A stretch of 64,000 bases of DNA from an uncultured Desulfobacterales bacterium (GTDB taxonomy: Bacteria; Desulfobacterota; Desulfobacteria; Desulfobacterales; SpSt-501): contig CALIUY010000003.1 of NCBI GenBank assembly GCA_938048455.1, forward strand, positions 27,206 through 91,205. Reading direction: 5' to 3'. The position numbers and the translations under genes were made by a program. This document shows positions 22,394 through 31,024 of this stretch, one piece after another. Below the pieces are notes generated by a model, which had not been told where the DNA came from, made no database searches, and saw only the letters and a list, made by a program, of their open reading frames with translations. Every line of letters begins with the position of its first letter. The stretch's first letter is position 1.

Positions 22394-23797
22394 TCATTTG
22401 CGGTACTCCTCGGCGCGGATCCCGTAGCGCCGCAGGATCTGCTGCAGCGCCTGACGCTCCAGGCCGCAGCGGCGCCCCGCCTGGGTGACGTTCCCTTCGC
22501 TTTCGGCGAGCAGCCGACCGAGGAAACGGCGGTTGAACTGTTCGAGAACCGCCTGCTTGGCGCGTCGGTAGTCTTCGCCCGGCTCCGGCAGCACGGCGAG
22601 GCACTCCCCGCCGGAGACCCTCTCCCCCTGCTCCGCCCAGCCCACGTCGGCCGGTCCGATCTCCTCGGAGGCGGCGAAGGAGATGCCGCGCATGATCACG
22701 TTCTCGAGCTCGCGCACGTTGCCGCGCCACTCGTGGCGCAGGAACTGGCTCATCAGCGCCGGAGAGATCCGCTTGAGGGGCCGGTTGAGGAGCGCGCAGT
22801 GCTTTTCGAGCAGGTGGTTGGCGATCAGCGGGATGTCCTCGCGGTGCTCGCGCAGGCTGGGCTGGCGAATGGGCAGGACGTTCAGCCGGTAGAAGAAATC
22901 CTCGCGGAAGGAGCCCGCCGCGATCTTCGCCGGCAGATCCCGGTTCGTCGAGGCGACGATCCGGACATCGACCACGATCGAGCGCGTCTCCCCGAGAGGC
23001 TTGATCTCCTTTTCCTGGAGCACCCGCAGGAGTTTGGTCTGGATCGCGGGGCTGATGTCGCCGATCTCGTCGAGGAAGATCGTCCCCCCGTGCGCTTCCT
23101 GGAAGAGACCGGGGCGGTTCTCGGTGGCGTGGGTGAAAGCCCCCTTGCGGTAGCCGAAGAGCTCGCTTTCGAGGATGTTCTCGGGAACGGTGGGGCAGTT
23201 CACGGCGACAAAGGGGCCGCGGCGGCGCGGACTGAGGGCGTGCAGGGCGTGGGCGGTCAAATCCTTGCCGGTGCCGGATTCCCCGGTGATCAGCACCGTG
23301 AGGTCGGTCTGGGCGGCCATGCGGATCGTCTCGTAGAGGCGCTGCATGACCGCGCTTTTGCCGACGAGATCCTGGAAGGCGGAAAGCGGCGAACAGGCGA
23401 GCTGCAGCCGCCGGTTCTCCTGGATGAGGCTGCTGCGCTCGAGCGCCTTTTCCAGCCGCACCACCAGGGCCTCGTGCTCGAAGGGTTTGGTGATGAAATC
23501 GTAGGCGCCGCTGCGCATCGCGCGCACCGCGGTGTCGATCTCGCCGTAGGCGGTCATCATCACGACCGTCTGCTCGGGGGTTTCGCGCTTGATGATCTCG
23601 AGGAGTTCCAGCCCGTCCATGCCGGGCATCTTGATGTCGGCAAGCACGAGGTCGAAGCGCCCGGCGGACAGCCGGCGCAGGGCCTCTTCCCCGGAGGCGG
23701 CGGTCTCGACCCGGCAGTCGAGATCGGGCTCCAGGCTGCGCCGCAGCAGTTCGAGCAGGTCCTTTTCGTCGTCCACGATCAGAATCGCCCGTTTCAC
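22394..23797 (-). CDS. sigma-54-dependent response regulator (NtrC family)
   Basis: GTG 23797 overlaps the kinase stop (GTGA). Receiver domain ([13 protein letters not shown]). AAA+ domain ([29 protein letters not shown]). C-terminal Fis-type HTH. Confidence 0.9.
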   Translation of the reverse strand: MKRAILIVDDEKDLLELLRRSLEPDLDCRVETAASGEEALRRLSAGRFDLVLADIKMPGMDGLELLEIIKRETPEQTVVMMTAYGEIDTAVRAMRSGAYDFITKPFEHEALVVRLEKALERSSLIQENRRLQLACSPLSAFQDLVGKSAVMQRLYETIRMAAQTDLTVLITGESGTGKDLTAHALHALSPRRRGPFVAVNCPTVPENILESELFGYRKGAFTHATENRPGLFQEAHGGTIFLDEIGDISPAIQTKLLRVLQEKEIKPLGETRSIVVDVRIVASTNRDLPAKIAAGSFREDFFYRLNVLPIRQPSLREHREDIPLIANHLLEKHCALLNRPLKRISPALMSQFLRHEWRGNVRELENVIMRGISFAASEEIGPADVGWAEQGERVSGGECLAVLPEPGEDYRRAKQAVLEQFNRRFLGRLLAESEGNVTQAGRRCGLERQALQQILRRYGIRAEEYRK

Positions 23798-25314
23798 GGT
23801 TCCTCCTCGGGCGAGGGGCCCTCGACCGGAAGCAGGACGGTGAACACCGCGCCTTCCCCGGGCCGGCTCTCCACGCGGATCTCCCCCCCGTGTCGGCGCA
23901 CGATGCCGTAGCTCACCGAGAGGCCGAGCCCCGTTCCTTCGCCGGTCGGCTTGGTCGTGAAGAAGGGATCGAAGATGAACGGGAGATCCTTCTCCTCGAT
24001 CCCGCAGCCGTCGTCGGCCACGGCGACGGCGAGTCTTCCTTCCGCCTCGTGCCAGCGCGTGGTGACCCGGATCGTTCCCTCGCCGCCCACGGCGTGACGC
24101 GCGTTCATGAGCAGGTTGAGGAGCACCTGGCGGATCTTCTTGTCGTCCACCCGCACCTCGGGGATGCGGCGGTCGAAATCCACCTCCAGCCGGACCCGCT
24201 CGTCGCCCGCGTTCTGACCGAAGAAATGGAGCACCTCCTCGATCGTGCGGTGGATGTCCACCTTTTCCTGTTTCGGCTCGGAGCGCCGGGCGAACTTGAG
24301 CAGGTCCTCGACGATCGACTTGCAGTGGCGCACGTGCTTTTCGATCGTCTTGAGGTCGCGAAAGCGGTCCGAGCCGGGGGGCTCGCCGCGGAGCAGGAGC
24401 TGGGTGTAGCCCAAAATGACCCCCAGGGGGTTGTTGATCTCGTGGGCGATCCCCGCGGAGAGCTGCCCGATCGAGGCCAGCCGGTCGGCCTGGGCCATCT
24501 GCTCCTGGAGCCGGCGGCGCTCCTCGATGTCCCGGGCGATCAGATGGACGGCGGCCCCTGCGTGGGCCTCCTCGCGGTCCCGCACGGCGCTGATCAGCGC
24601 CGGAAACGTCGTGCCGTCGGGGCGTTTGAGCTCGAGCTCCAGGTTCTGGACGAACCCGCGGCTGTCGATCGCCGCGGCGATTTCCCGCCAGGCGTCGGGC
24701 CGGGCGAGAAACCGCATCAGGGGTCGGCCTCGCAGGCGGATCGCGGCGTCTTCGCCTCCGCCCAGCAGTTTCGCCCCGGCGGGGTTGATCTCCCGGATCG
24801 CTCCGGCGGCGTCGAGGACGGCGATCGGGTCGCGCGCGACCTCGAAGATGCGGCGGTACTGCCGCTCGGAATAGGCGAGCGCCCGCGCCCGCTCTTCGGC
24901 GAGGCGCTCGAGATCGCGGTTCACCGCGAGCAGCTCGCCGTGGGCCCGGCGGAGCGCCCGGCGGTCGCGGGCGATCCGTTCCGCCGTCTTCCAGACGCGC
25001 TCGAAAAAGAGCGTGACCGCGGCAAGGGCGATGAACATGAAGGTGTTGACCGCCCCGCTGTAAGGCCGCAGGGCCTCCCACAGATCGCCGCGGTCGGCCA
25101 AAAGCAGCATCTGCCGCGCGATGTGCCCCACCGAGCGCGAAAGGGAAAAGCCGGCCAGCCCCACGCAGACCCAGAAGAGGTAGATCCACAGGAGGCTTTC
25201 GGGATCCGAGCGCCGGAGCTTTACGGCCGTCGCCAGGCTGAGAAAGGAGAGCACGATCATGGCGAGCGCGCCGCCCACGTCCACGGCGAACAGCGGCCAG
25301 AAGGGCACGGTCAC
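23794..25314 (-). CDS. PAS sensor histidine kinase with membrane-embedded N-terminus
   Basis: GTG 25314 overlaps the upstream stop (GTGA). About 4-5 TM helices without a sizeable periplasmic loop. PAS region. H-box SAGIAHEINNPL. N/G boxes LLNLLMNARHA, DDGCGI, GTGLGLS. Confidence 0.85.
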   Translation of the reverse strand: MTVPFWPLFAVDVGGALAMIVLSFLSLATAVKLRRSDPESLLWIYLFWVCVGLAGFSLSRSVGHIARQMLLLADRGDLWEALRPYSGAVNTFMFIALAAVTLFFERVWKTAERIARDRRALRRAHGELLAVNRDLERLAEERARALAYSERQYRRIFEVARDPIAVLDAAGAIREINPAGAKLLGGGEDAAIRLRGRPLMRFLARPDAWREIAAAIDSRGFVQNLELELKRPDGTTFPALISAVRDREEAHAGAAVHLIARDIEERRRLQEQMAQADRLASIGQLSAGIAHEINNPLGVILGYTQLLLRGEPPGSDRFRDLKTIEKHVRHCKSIVEDLLKFARRSEPKQEKVDIHRTIEEVLHFFGQNAGDERVRLEVDFDRRIPEVRVDDKKIRQVLLNLLMNARHAVGGEGTIRVTTRWHEAEGRLAVAVADDGCGIEEKDLPFIFDPFFTTKPTGEGTGLGLSVSYGIVRRHGGEIRVESRPGEGAVFTVLLPVEGPSPEEEP

Positions 25315-25808
25315 GGGGCGGTCTCCTCCGGCGAAGCATCCGCCGCTCGGCGGCGGAGCGCCCGCAGCCCGGCGTAGAGAAAGGCCATCGCCGGAACGCA
25401 AAGCAGGTGATCGAGCTTGGCGAGGTAGTAGAGGGGGGCGAGGATCTCCCCCCAAAGACCGGCCTCGATCCGCAGCCAGCCCGGGCCGATGCGGGAGGTC
25501 TGCACGATGCCCCAGTGCTCATCGAGCAGGTGGGCGAAAAAGGCGTCCGCGTTCCACAGGGCGAAGAAGAAGGCGGCGAGCTGGATCCGACGCCAGCCCG
25601 CCTCCCGGATCAGCCCCCGCTGCCGCAGGCGCAGGATGAGCAGCCCCATGGCGGCGAGGAAGAAGAGGTGCGCCCCCTGGTGGATGACGACACCCTCGGG
25701 GGCCCCGTGCTCCTGCACCGCACCGGCCGGCTCGGGCCAAAGGAAGAGCATCCCGCACAGGGCGGCGATCGCAAGGGCGATGCTCCGGGGTCTCAAGCAA
25801 GGAGGCAT
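25311..25808 (-). CDS. small polytopic membrane protein (165 aa), His-rich
   Basis: ATG 25808 within listed ORF 25311..26474. About 4 hydrophobic helices with conserved-looking His (HQGAHLFF, FFAHLLDEHW). Translationally coupled to the kinase. Confidence 0.55.
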   Translation of the reverse strand: MPPCLRPRSIALAIAALCGMLFLWPEPAGAVQEHGAPEGVVIHQGAHLFFLAAMGLLILRLRQRGLIREAGWRRIQLAAFFFALWNADAFFAHLLDEHWGIVQTSRIGPGWLRIEAGLWGEILAPLYYLAKLDHLLCVPAMAFLYAGLRALRRRAADASPEETAP

Positions 25809-25861
25809 ACGCCGGTGGCTCTCCGCAGAGGTCCCCGACCGATCCCCGGGGAGGGACCGGC

Positions 25862-26383
25862 TTACGCCGCGGCGATGCCGTCGCGGGCCCGCAGGCGCGC
25901 GATCAGGCGGGGGACAAGCCTGCGCAGCCGCCCGACGAGCAGCCGCGCGAGCAGATAGGCGACGAGAAACGCGACCCCATAGTTCATCCCTTCGGGTTTG
26001 CCGGGCAGGGGCACACCTTCGGGTGCGAAACGGGCCTGCAGCCAGTCGAGGGCGAAAAAACAGGGCCAGAGCGCGGCGGCCGAGAGGCCGAACTGGTTGA
26101 AGAACACATGCCCGAAAGCGCTGTTCGCCTGGCGGTTCAGGGCCCGGTAGCTTGCGGCGTCGCCGCGGCGCTCCGCCTCCTGCGAAAGCTGCTGGTATTT
26201 TTTCAGTTCCGCCTGGAGACGGGAAAGGTGATCGCGGTTGACCCGGGCGACGAGGCGCAGGGTGATCTCGCCGATCAGCACGACGAGCAAGGAGAGAAGA
26301 AAGGTGCCGATCGCCGCGTTCGCCGGCTCGGAGGCCGTCAGGCCGAAGAGCGGGGCGATCCAAGGGTCGAACGGGTGCGTCAT
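25862..26383 (-). CDS. membrane protein (173 aa), hypothetical
   Basis: AAGGAAAG SD-like tract upstream of ATG 26383. Hydrophobic N-terminal and C-terminal helices flank a charged coiled segment. Confidence 0.5.
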   Translation of the reverse strand: MTHPFDPWIAPLFGLTASEPANAAIGTFLLSLLVVLIGEITLRLVARVNRDHLSRLQAELKKYQQLSQEAERRGDAASYRALNRQANSAFGHVFFNQFGLSAAALWPCFFALDWLQARFAPEGVPLPGKPEGMNYGVAFLVAYLLARLLVGRLRRLVPRLIARLRARDGIAAA

Positions 26384-26477
26384 GGTCGCCGCTTTCCTTA
26401 CGCGTTCGGCGGGGAAGCCGCCCGGACCGGATCTCCGGTCCGGGCGGGTTGACGGGTGAGCTTCCGCCGCGCAACGG

Positions 26478-27713
26478 TCACATCGGCACCCAGGCCCGGC
26501 CGAAGAAGCCCTTGCTCAGATAGCCGACGCCCACGTAGAGGGCGAGGACGATGAAGATGAGCTTCAACCACTTGTCGGGGATGTATTTCGCGGTCCGCGG
26601 ACCGATCATCGAGCCGATGAAAATCCCGATCAGCTGGATGCCGACCAAGGTCCAGTCCATCCCCGCGCCGGCCACCTTGATGTAGGTCGTGATGCCCGTG
26701 ATCATGCTGAGCAACACGGCCAAGGCCGAGGTGCCGGCGACGACGAACATGGGCAACCCCACGATGCTCGTGAGATAGGGGACGTAAAGAAAACCGCCGC
26801 CGACCCCGATGAAGGCCGAAATCGCGGCGATGACCACCCCGCCGAAGAAAGCCGCGACCGGGTTGAAGGTGAAGTCGGTTCCGAAGAAGGTCATGGTGGA
26901 CTTGGTGAGTCCGAAGGATTTCAGGCTGACGCCCGCGGCGGCGATGTCCTTTTTTTCGCGTACGGTTTTCTCGAAGGCCTGCGCCGCGGCCTTGGCCGCC
27001 TTCTTGCTTTCCTGGCCCTTCGGGGTGAGCTCGTAGATCAGGACGAAGCCCACGACCAGCACGAACACCCCGAACCAACCCTGATACTGGCTGAAGCTCA
27101 CGCGGCCGCCGCTGATCGAAGCCGAGAGATAGGCGCCGACGATCGAGCCGATGCCGAGGGCGAGTCCGAGCGGCCAGGACATGCGGCGGGATTTGAAATA
27201 GTTGATGACGCTCAAGATGGCCGAAAGACCGACCAGGAACTGGTTCGAGGTGCGGATGCTGTCGGTCAGCGTCTTGTTGAGGCCCGGGGCGGTCTCGCGG
27301 AAGGTGCGCACCCAGTCGCCCAGCCCGTAGACGGTCATGTGCCCCACGCCGGCCATGATCCCGCCGAAAGCGCCGACGGTCGAAAAGATCCATCCCACCC
27401 AGGTGGCCCACAGAAGCGCGAGAATCCAGCTCACCTGCGGGGCCCCGGGCACGCCGAATACGCCGCGCGGCGCCGTGGGGTCGATCTGGCCCTTGCCCTT
27501 GCCCTCCGGCGCCTTGGCGATCTCCTGGCCGAGCTTGGCGGGAAGCCCGAGGTCGCTGCCCACAGCCTTGGGCTTAGGCTTGGGCGCCTCGGTCGCCGGC
27601 TGGCCTTGAGCGGCGGGCTGCTGGGCCCAGAGCGTCCCCGCCCCGAAGACGAAGACGGCTGCAGCCAGCACGAGGACGGCGACTGCTTTCGGGAAAAATC
27701 CTTTCCTGTTCAT
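26478..27713 (-). CDS. TSUP (TauE/SafE, DUF81) family anion permease with N-terminal secreted extension
   Basis: AAAGGAGGAAG RBS before ATG 27713. Signal peptide plus about 90 aa of extension. Two TSUP half-repeats with Gly-rich motifs (GAFGGIMAGVG; FIGVGGGFLYVPYL). Confidence 0.7.
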   Translation of the reverse strand: MNRKGFFPKAVAVLVLAAAVFVFGAGTLWAQQPAAQGQPATEAPKPKPKAVGSDLGLPAKLGQEIAKAPEGKGKGQIDPTAPRGVFGVPGAPQVSWILALLWATWVGWIFSTVGAFGGIMAGVGHMTVYGLGDWVRTFRETAPGLNKTLTDSIRTSNQFLVGLSAILSVINYFKSRRMSWPLGLALGIGSIVGAYLSASISGGRVSFSQYQGWFGVFVLVVGFVLIYELTPKGQESKKAAKAAAQAFEKTVREKKDIAAAGVSLKSFGLTKSTMTFFGTDFTFNPVAAFFGGVVIAAISAFIGVGGGFLYVPYLTSIVGLPMFVVAGTSALAVLLSMITGITTYIKVAGAGMDWTLVGIQLIGIFIGSMIGPRTAKYIPDKWLKLIFIVLALYVGVGYLSKGFFGRAWVPM

Positions 27714-27784
27714 CCTTCCTCCTTTCGCGATGCACCGGCCGGTGGGCCGGCGGATTGAGATGGCGGCAAACCTTCGCTCCGCTA

Positions 27785-27800
27785 AGCAAGCCTCATGCCA
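27785..27800 (-). promoter_or_regulatory. sigma-54 promoter (-24/-12) for the TSUP-kinase-regulator operon
   Basis: Minus strand reads TGGCATGAGGCTTGCT, i.e. GG-N10-GC spacing against consensus TGGCAC-N5-TTGCW. About 70-85 nt upstream of ATG 27713. Confidence 0.7.
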
Positions 27801-27917
27801 CCAGAATCAACCCGCACACCCGGAGCCGGTCCTCCGGCGGGAAGGATCGCCGGCGGGAAGATAAAATCGCCGTGGATAGAGAAAACCTGCCGAAATCAAA
27901 TAACATCATCGTCCTTG

Positions 27918-27935
27918 TGCCGCTCGACGACGGCA
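27918..27935. promoter_or_regulatory. inverted repeat TGCCG-N8-CGGCA (candidate activator site)
   Basis: Lies about 120-135 bp upstream of the minus-strand -24 element, within the divergent intergenic region. Confidence 0.25.
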
Positions 27936-28009
27936 GATGGAGCCTCGGCGGGTAAGGACGCCGGATAGGCCAGACCGGGGACGACCGGCGGATCTATGAG
28001 CAACGAATC

Positions 28010-28025
28010 GCATAAAATATTATGC
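28010..28025. promoter_or_regulatory. perfect AT-rich palindrome GCATAA-AATA-TTATGC (candidate enhancer/operator)
   Basis: 6-4-6 inverted repeat inside the only strongly AT-rich tract of this region. About 150-165 bp upstream of the plus-strand -24 element. Confidence 0.35.
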
Positions 28026-28173
28026 GCCGCAATATTAATTTTGCTCTCACTTCCCATGGTCGACGCCCGAGGGGAAAATGAAAGCCAAACAACTCAGTGT
28101 TCAACCATTCTGAAAAATTGACTTTATTTTTCGTCCGGAGTCCCCGCGCGGACCGTGGCCGTTCAGGGACTTG

Positions 28174-28189
28174 TGGTATGTTTATTGCT
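28174..28189 (+). promoter_or_regulatory. sigma-54 promoter (-24/-12) for the molybdoenzyme operon
   Basis: TGGTATGTTTATTGCT has GG-N10-GC spacing and a TTGCT -12 element. About 165-nt leader to ATG 28366. Confidence 0.7.
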
Positions 28190-28365
28190 TGATTTACTGC
28201 TTAGAAGCTCCCGCTGCCGGAAGGTCGAAGCTTTCTGCAGCCGGCGGCAGGGAATCTTGCGCGCCTGAGGAATGAGGATTCGCGTGCGCTCCCCGCGCCG
28301 CGAACGGCGGGGACGGCGCGCGTTTCGCCTTTTGAACAAACCGAACAGGGGGAGGTTTGCGGCCG

Positions 28366-30450
28366 ATGGAAAAAACCGTTTACAGCCTGTGCTTCATGTG
28401 CTCGGTGCGCTGTCCGATCCAGGTCACGGTCAAGGACGGGCAGGTGACCTTCATCCAGGGCAACCCCAAAGTCCCCGGAATCGAGGGCAGCCTCTGCCCG
28501 CGGGGTGCGGCGGGCATCGCGCTCCTCTACGACGCCCAGCGGCTGCAGTCGCCGATGATCCGCAGCGGCGAGCGCGGCTCGGGTTCCTGGCGCAAGGCGA
28601 GCTGGGAGGAGGCCCTCGACTACATCGCCGAAAAGATGAAGGCGATCGTGAAGAAACACGGCGGCCACAGCGTCGCCCTGATCGAGCGCGCCAACCTCGC
28701 CAGCCACGTGAGCAAGGCTTTTCTCAAGGCGATCGCCTCCCCCAACTATTTCTCCCACGACGCCCTCTGCAAAGGATCGGTCAACACCGCCTGCCGCTCG
28801 CTTTTCGGCTACACCGACGCCCAGATCGGGATCGACTACAAGAACACGCGCCACATCGTGCTCTACGGCCGCAACCTCTTCGAGGCCATCGCCGTGAAAG
28901 AGGTGAACCAGATGATCGAGGCCCTCGGAGCCGGGGCCAAGATGACCTGCATCGACCCGCGCGTCTCCATCACCGCCACCAAGGCCCAGCGGTACTGGAT
29001 GATCCGGCCGGGGACCGACCTCGCCCTGAACTACGCCCTGATCCACGTGATCCTGAAAGAGCGCCTCTACGACGCGGCCTATGTCGAGCGCTGGGTCCTG
29101 GGGCTGAACGAGCTGCAGGATTTCGTCCAGCCCTACACGCCGGAGTGGGCGGAGAAGGAAACCGGGATCCCCGCCGCGGAGATCGTCACGCTCGCCCGCG
29201 AGGTGAGCCGGGAAAAGCCCGCGGTGATCTTCCACTACGGCTACCGCGGGGCGCACCATGCGCACGAGATCTATCTGCGTCGCTCGATCCTGATCCTGAA
29301 CGTCCTCATGGGCAGCGTCGAGGCCAAGGGCGGGCTCTTCTTCAAGAAGGGGCCGGGCGAGGTGGGCCGCAAGCCGGCGCGCAAGCTGACCGACCAGAAA
29401 TTCCCGACGATCCAGGTGCCGCGCGCCGACAAGGTCGGGACCCCGGATTTTCCGCTCCCCGACCCGGAACACGGGGTTCCCCAGACGCTGCCGCAGGCGA
29501 TCCTGACCGAGGACCCCTACCCCTTGAAGGCCCTCTTCGCCTACCGCATGGATCCCCTCATGTCCATGCCGGACACGAACCTCACGAAAAAGGCCCTCCA
29601 GAAGCTCGACCTCGTCGTCTGCTGCGACATCAACTGGAGCGACATCGCCTGGTGGTCGGACGTCGTGCTGCCGGAGTCGGTCTTCCTCGAGCGGACCGAC
29701 TGCGTGCAACAGGCGAACGGCCAGAAGCCCCAGCTTTTCCTGCGCCGTCAGGCCGTCCCCCCCCGCTACGACACGCGCGACTGGGCGGTGATCGTAAAAC
29801 AGCTCGCCGAGCGCTTGGGCCTCGGCGACTTTTTCCCCTATCAGAACAGCGAGGAGCTCGTCCGCTGGCAGCTCGAGGGAACCGGCTTCCGCCTCGAGGA
29901 TTTCGACCCGACGGGCTTCGTCGCCTATACCGACAAGCAGATCCTCTGGGACCGGCTGGGGGGCCTCAAGCTCAAGACCCCCTCGCAGAAGATCGAACTC
30001 AAGTCCTCGCTCCTCGAGAACGCGGGCTTCGCCTCCTTTCCGCCCTACGAACCGGTGGCGGCCTACGAGGGAAACCGCTTCCGACTGATCACCGGACGGG
30101 CGGCGCTGCACACCCACGTCTCGACCCAGAACAACCCCTATCTGCACGAGCTTTTGCCCGAAAACGAGCTCTGGATCAACGCCCGGCGCGCCGCGGCCCT
30201 GGGGGTGAAGGACGGAGCGCTGGTCACGGTTTCCTCCAAGGTCGGCGCGGGGCAGATCCGCGCCCGGGTGACCGAGCACATCCATCCCGACGCCGTCTTT
30301 CTGCTGCACGGGTTCGGCCACGAGGCGGCCTTCGCCGCGCGCGCCTGCGGCCGCGGGGTCTCGGATGCGCTGCTCGAGGAAAACATCACCGACCGCGTCG
30401 GCGGGAGTCCCGCCCTGCACGACACGACCGTGACCGTCCAGCCGGTTTGA
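28366..30450 (+). CDS. molybdopterin (Mo/W-bisPGD) oxidoreductase catalytic subunit, no signal peptide
   Basis: GGGGGAGG RBS 10 nt before ATG 28366. N-terminal [4Fe-4S] motif CFMCSVRC...C starts at residue 9, leaving no room for a Tat leader. MopB-type length. Candidate Cys ligand in SHDALCKGS. Confidence 0.85.
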   Translation: MEKTVYSLCFMCSVRCPIQVTVKDGQVTFIQGNPKVPGIEGSLCPRGAAGIALLYDAQRLQSPMIRSGERGSGSWRKASWEEALDYIAEKMKAIVKKHGGHSVALIERANLASHVSKAFLKAIASPNYFSHDALCKGSVNTACRSLFGYTDAQIGIDYKNTRHIVLYGRNLFEAIAVKEVNQMIEALGAGAKMTCIDPRVSITATKAQRYWMIRPGTDLALNYALIHVILKERLYDAAYVERWVLGLNELQDFVQPYTPEWAEKETGIPAAEIVTLAREVSREKPAVIFHYGYRGAHHAHEIYLRRSILILNVLMGSVEAKGGLFFKKGPGEVGRKPARKLTDQKFPTIQVPRADKVGTPDFPLPDPEHGVPQTLPQAILTEDPYPLKALFAYRMDPLMSMPDTNLTKKALQKLDLVVCCDINWSDIAWWSDVVLPESVFLERTDCVQQANGQKPQLFLRRQAVPPRYDTRDWAVIVKQLAERLGLGDFFPYQNSEELVRWQLEGTGFRLEDFDPTGFVAYTDKQILWDRLGGLKLKTPSQKIELKSSLLENAGFASFPPYEPVAAYEGNRFRLITGRAALHTHVSTQNNPYLHELLPENELWINARRAAALGVKDGALVTVSSKVGAGQIRARVTEHIHPDAVFLLHGFGHEAAFAARACGRGVSDALLEENITDRVGGSPALHDTTVTVQPV

Positions 30451-30477
30451 GCCGAACGCCAAGGAGGGAAACCGCCC

Positions 30478-30993
30478 ATGAGCCAATATTATCTCTTTCA
30501 GGACACCAAGAACTGCATCGGCTGCCATTCCTGCGAAATCGTCTGCAAGAGCCACAAGGGCCTGCCGATCGGGCCCAAGCCCTGCCAGGTGATCCATGTC
30601 GCCCCGCGCCTGGTGAACGGTCAGCCGCGCGCCTCTTATGTCTTCATGCCCTGCTTTCACTGCCAGAACCCCTGGTGCGTCGCCGCCTGCCCGACCGGCG
30701 CGATGCGCAAGCGGCCCCGGGACGGCATCGTCTACGTCGAGGCCGAGCTTTGCGTGGGCTGCAAGACCTGCATCACCGCCTGCCCCTGGGGCGCCCCGCA
30801 ATGGAATCCGGAAACCGGCAAGGCGGTCAAGTGCGACTACTGCAAGGACCGGCTCGATGCGGGGCTCAAACCCGCCTGCGTGACCGTGTGCACCACGCAC
30901 TGCCTGCACTTCGGCCGCGTGGAGGAGATGACCCGCATCCGCCGCGAGCGCCACGCGCGCACCATCGCGAGCCTGGAGAACCAGATCGGATGA
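30478..30993 (+). CDS. 4Fe-4S ferredoxin-type subunit (PsrB/DmsB/NrfC-like), cytoplasmic
   Basis: Cys groups CIGCHSCEIVC, CFHCQNPWCVAACP, CVGCKTCITACP, CDYC...C. No signal peptide. AAGGAGGGA RBS. Confidence 0.85.
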   Translation: MSQYYLFQDTKNCIGCHSCEIVCKSHKGLPIGPKPCQVIHVAPRLVNGQPRASYVFMPCFHCQNPWCVAACPTGAMRKRPRDGIVYVEAELCVGCKTCITACPWGAPQWNPETGKAVKCDYCKDRLDAGLKPACVTVCTTHCLHFGRVEEMTRIRRERHARTIASLENQIG

Positions 30994-31024
30994 GCCCTCG
31001 CGGCCGTCCGCCGGAGCCGAGCCG

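Noticed and set aside
22394-25522. Single 1042-aa ORF that seems to span both the kinase and the regulator.
   Set aside because: Only the C-terminal 467 codons (from GTG 23797) are the regulator. The N-terminal part is an out-of-frame shadow of the kinase, which is encoded in another frame (23794..25314).
27755-27955. 66-aa listed ORF in the divergent intergenic region.
   Set aside because: It overlaps the minus-strand sigma-54 promoter and leader, has no RBS, and gives a basic low-complexity product.
28190-28365. Possible Moco (molybdenum cofactor) riboswitch or attenuator in the 165-nt leader of the molybdoenzyme operon.
   Set aside because: There are hairpins (CTGCCG...CGGCAG; CGCGCCG...CGGCGCG followed by a weak T-rich tract). 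I cannot recognise the Moco motif's conserved core, and there is no convincing U-tract. A covariance-model scan is needed.
28366-30450. Selenocysteine recoding in the MopB gene.
   Set aside because: The reading frame has no in-frame TGA. The candidate ligand position is a genomically encoded Cys.
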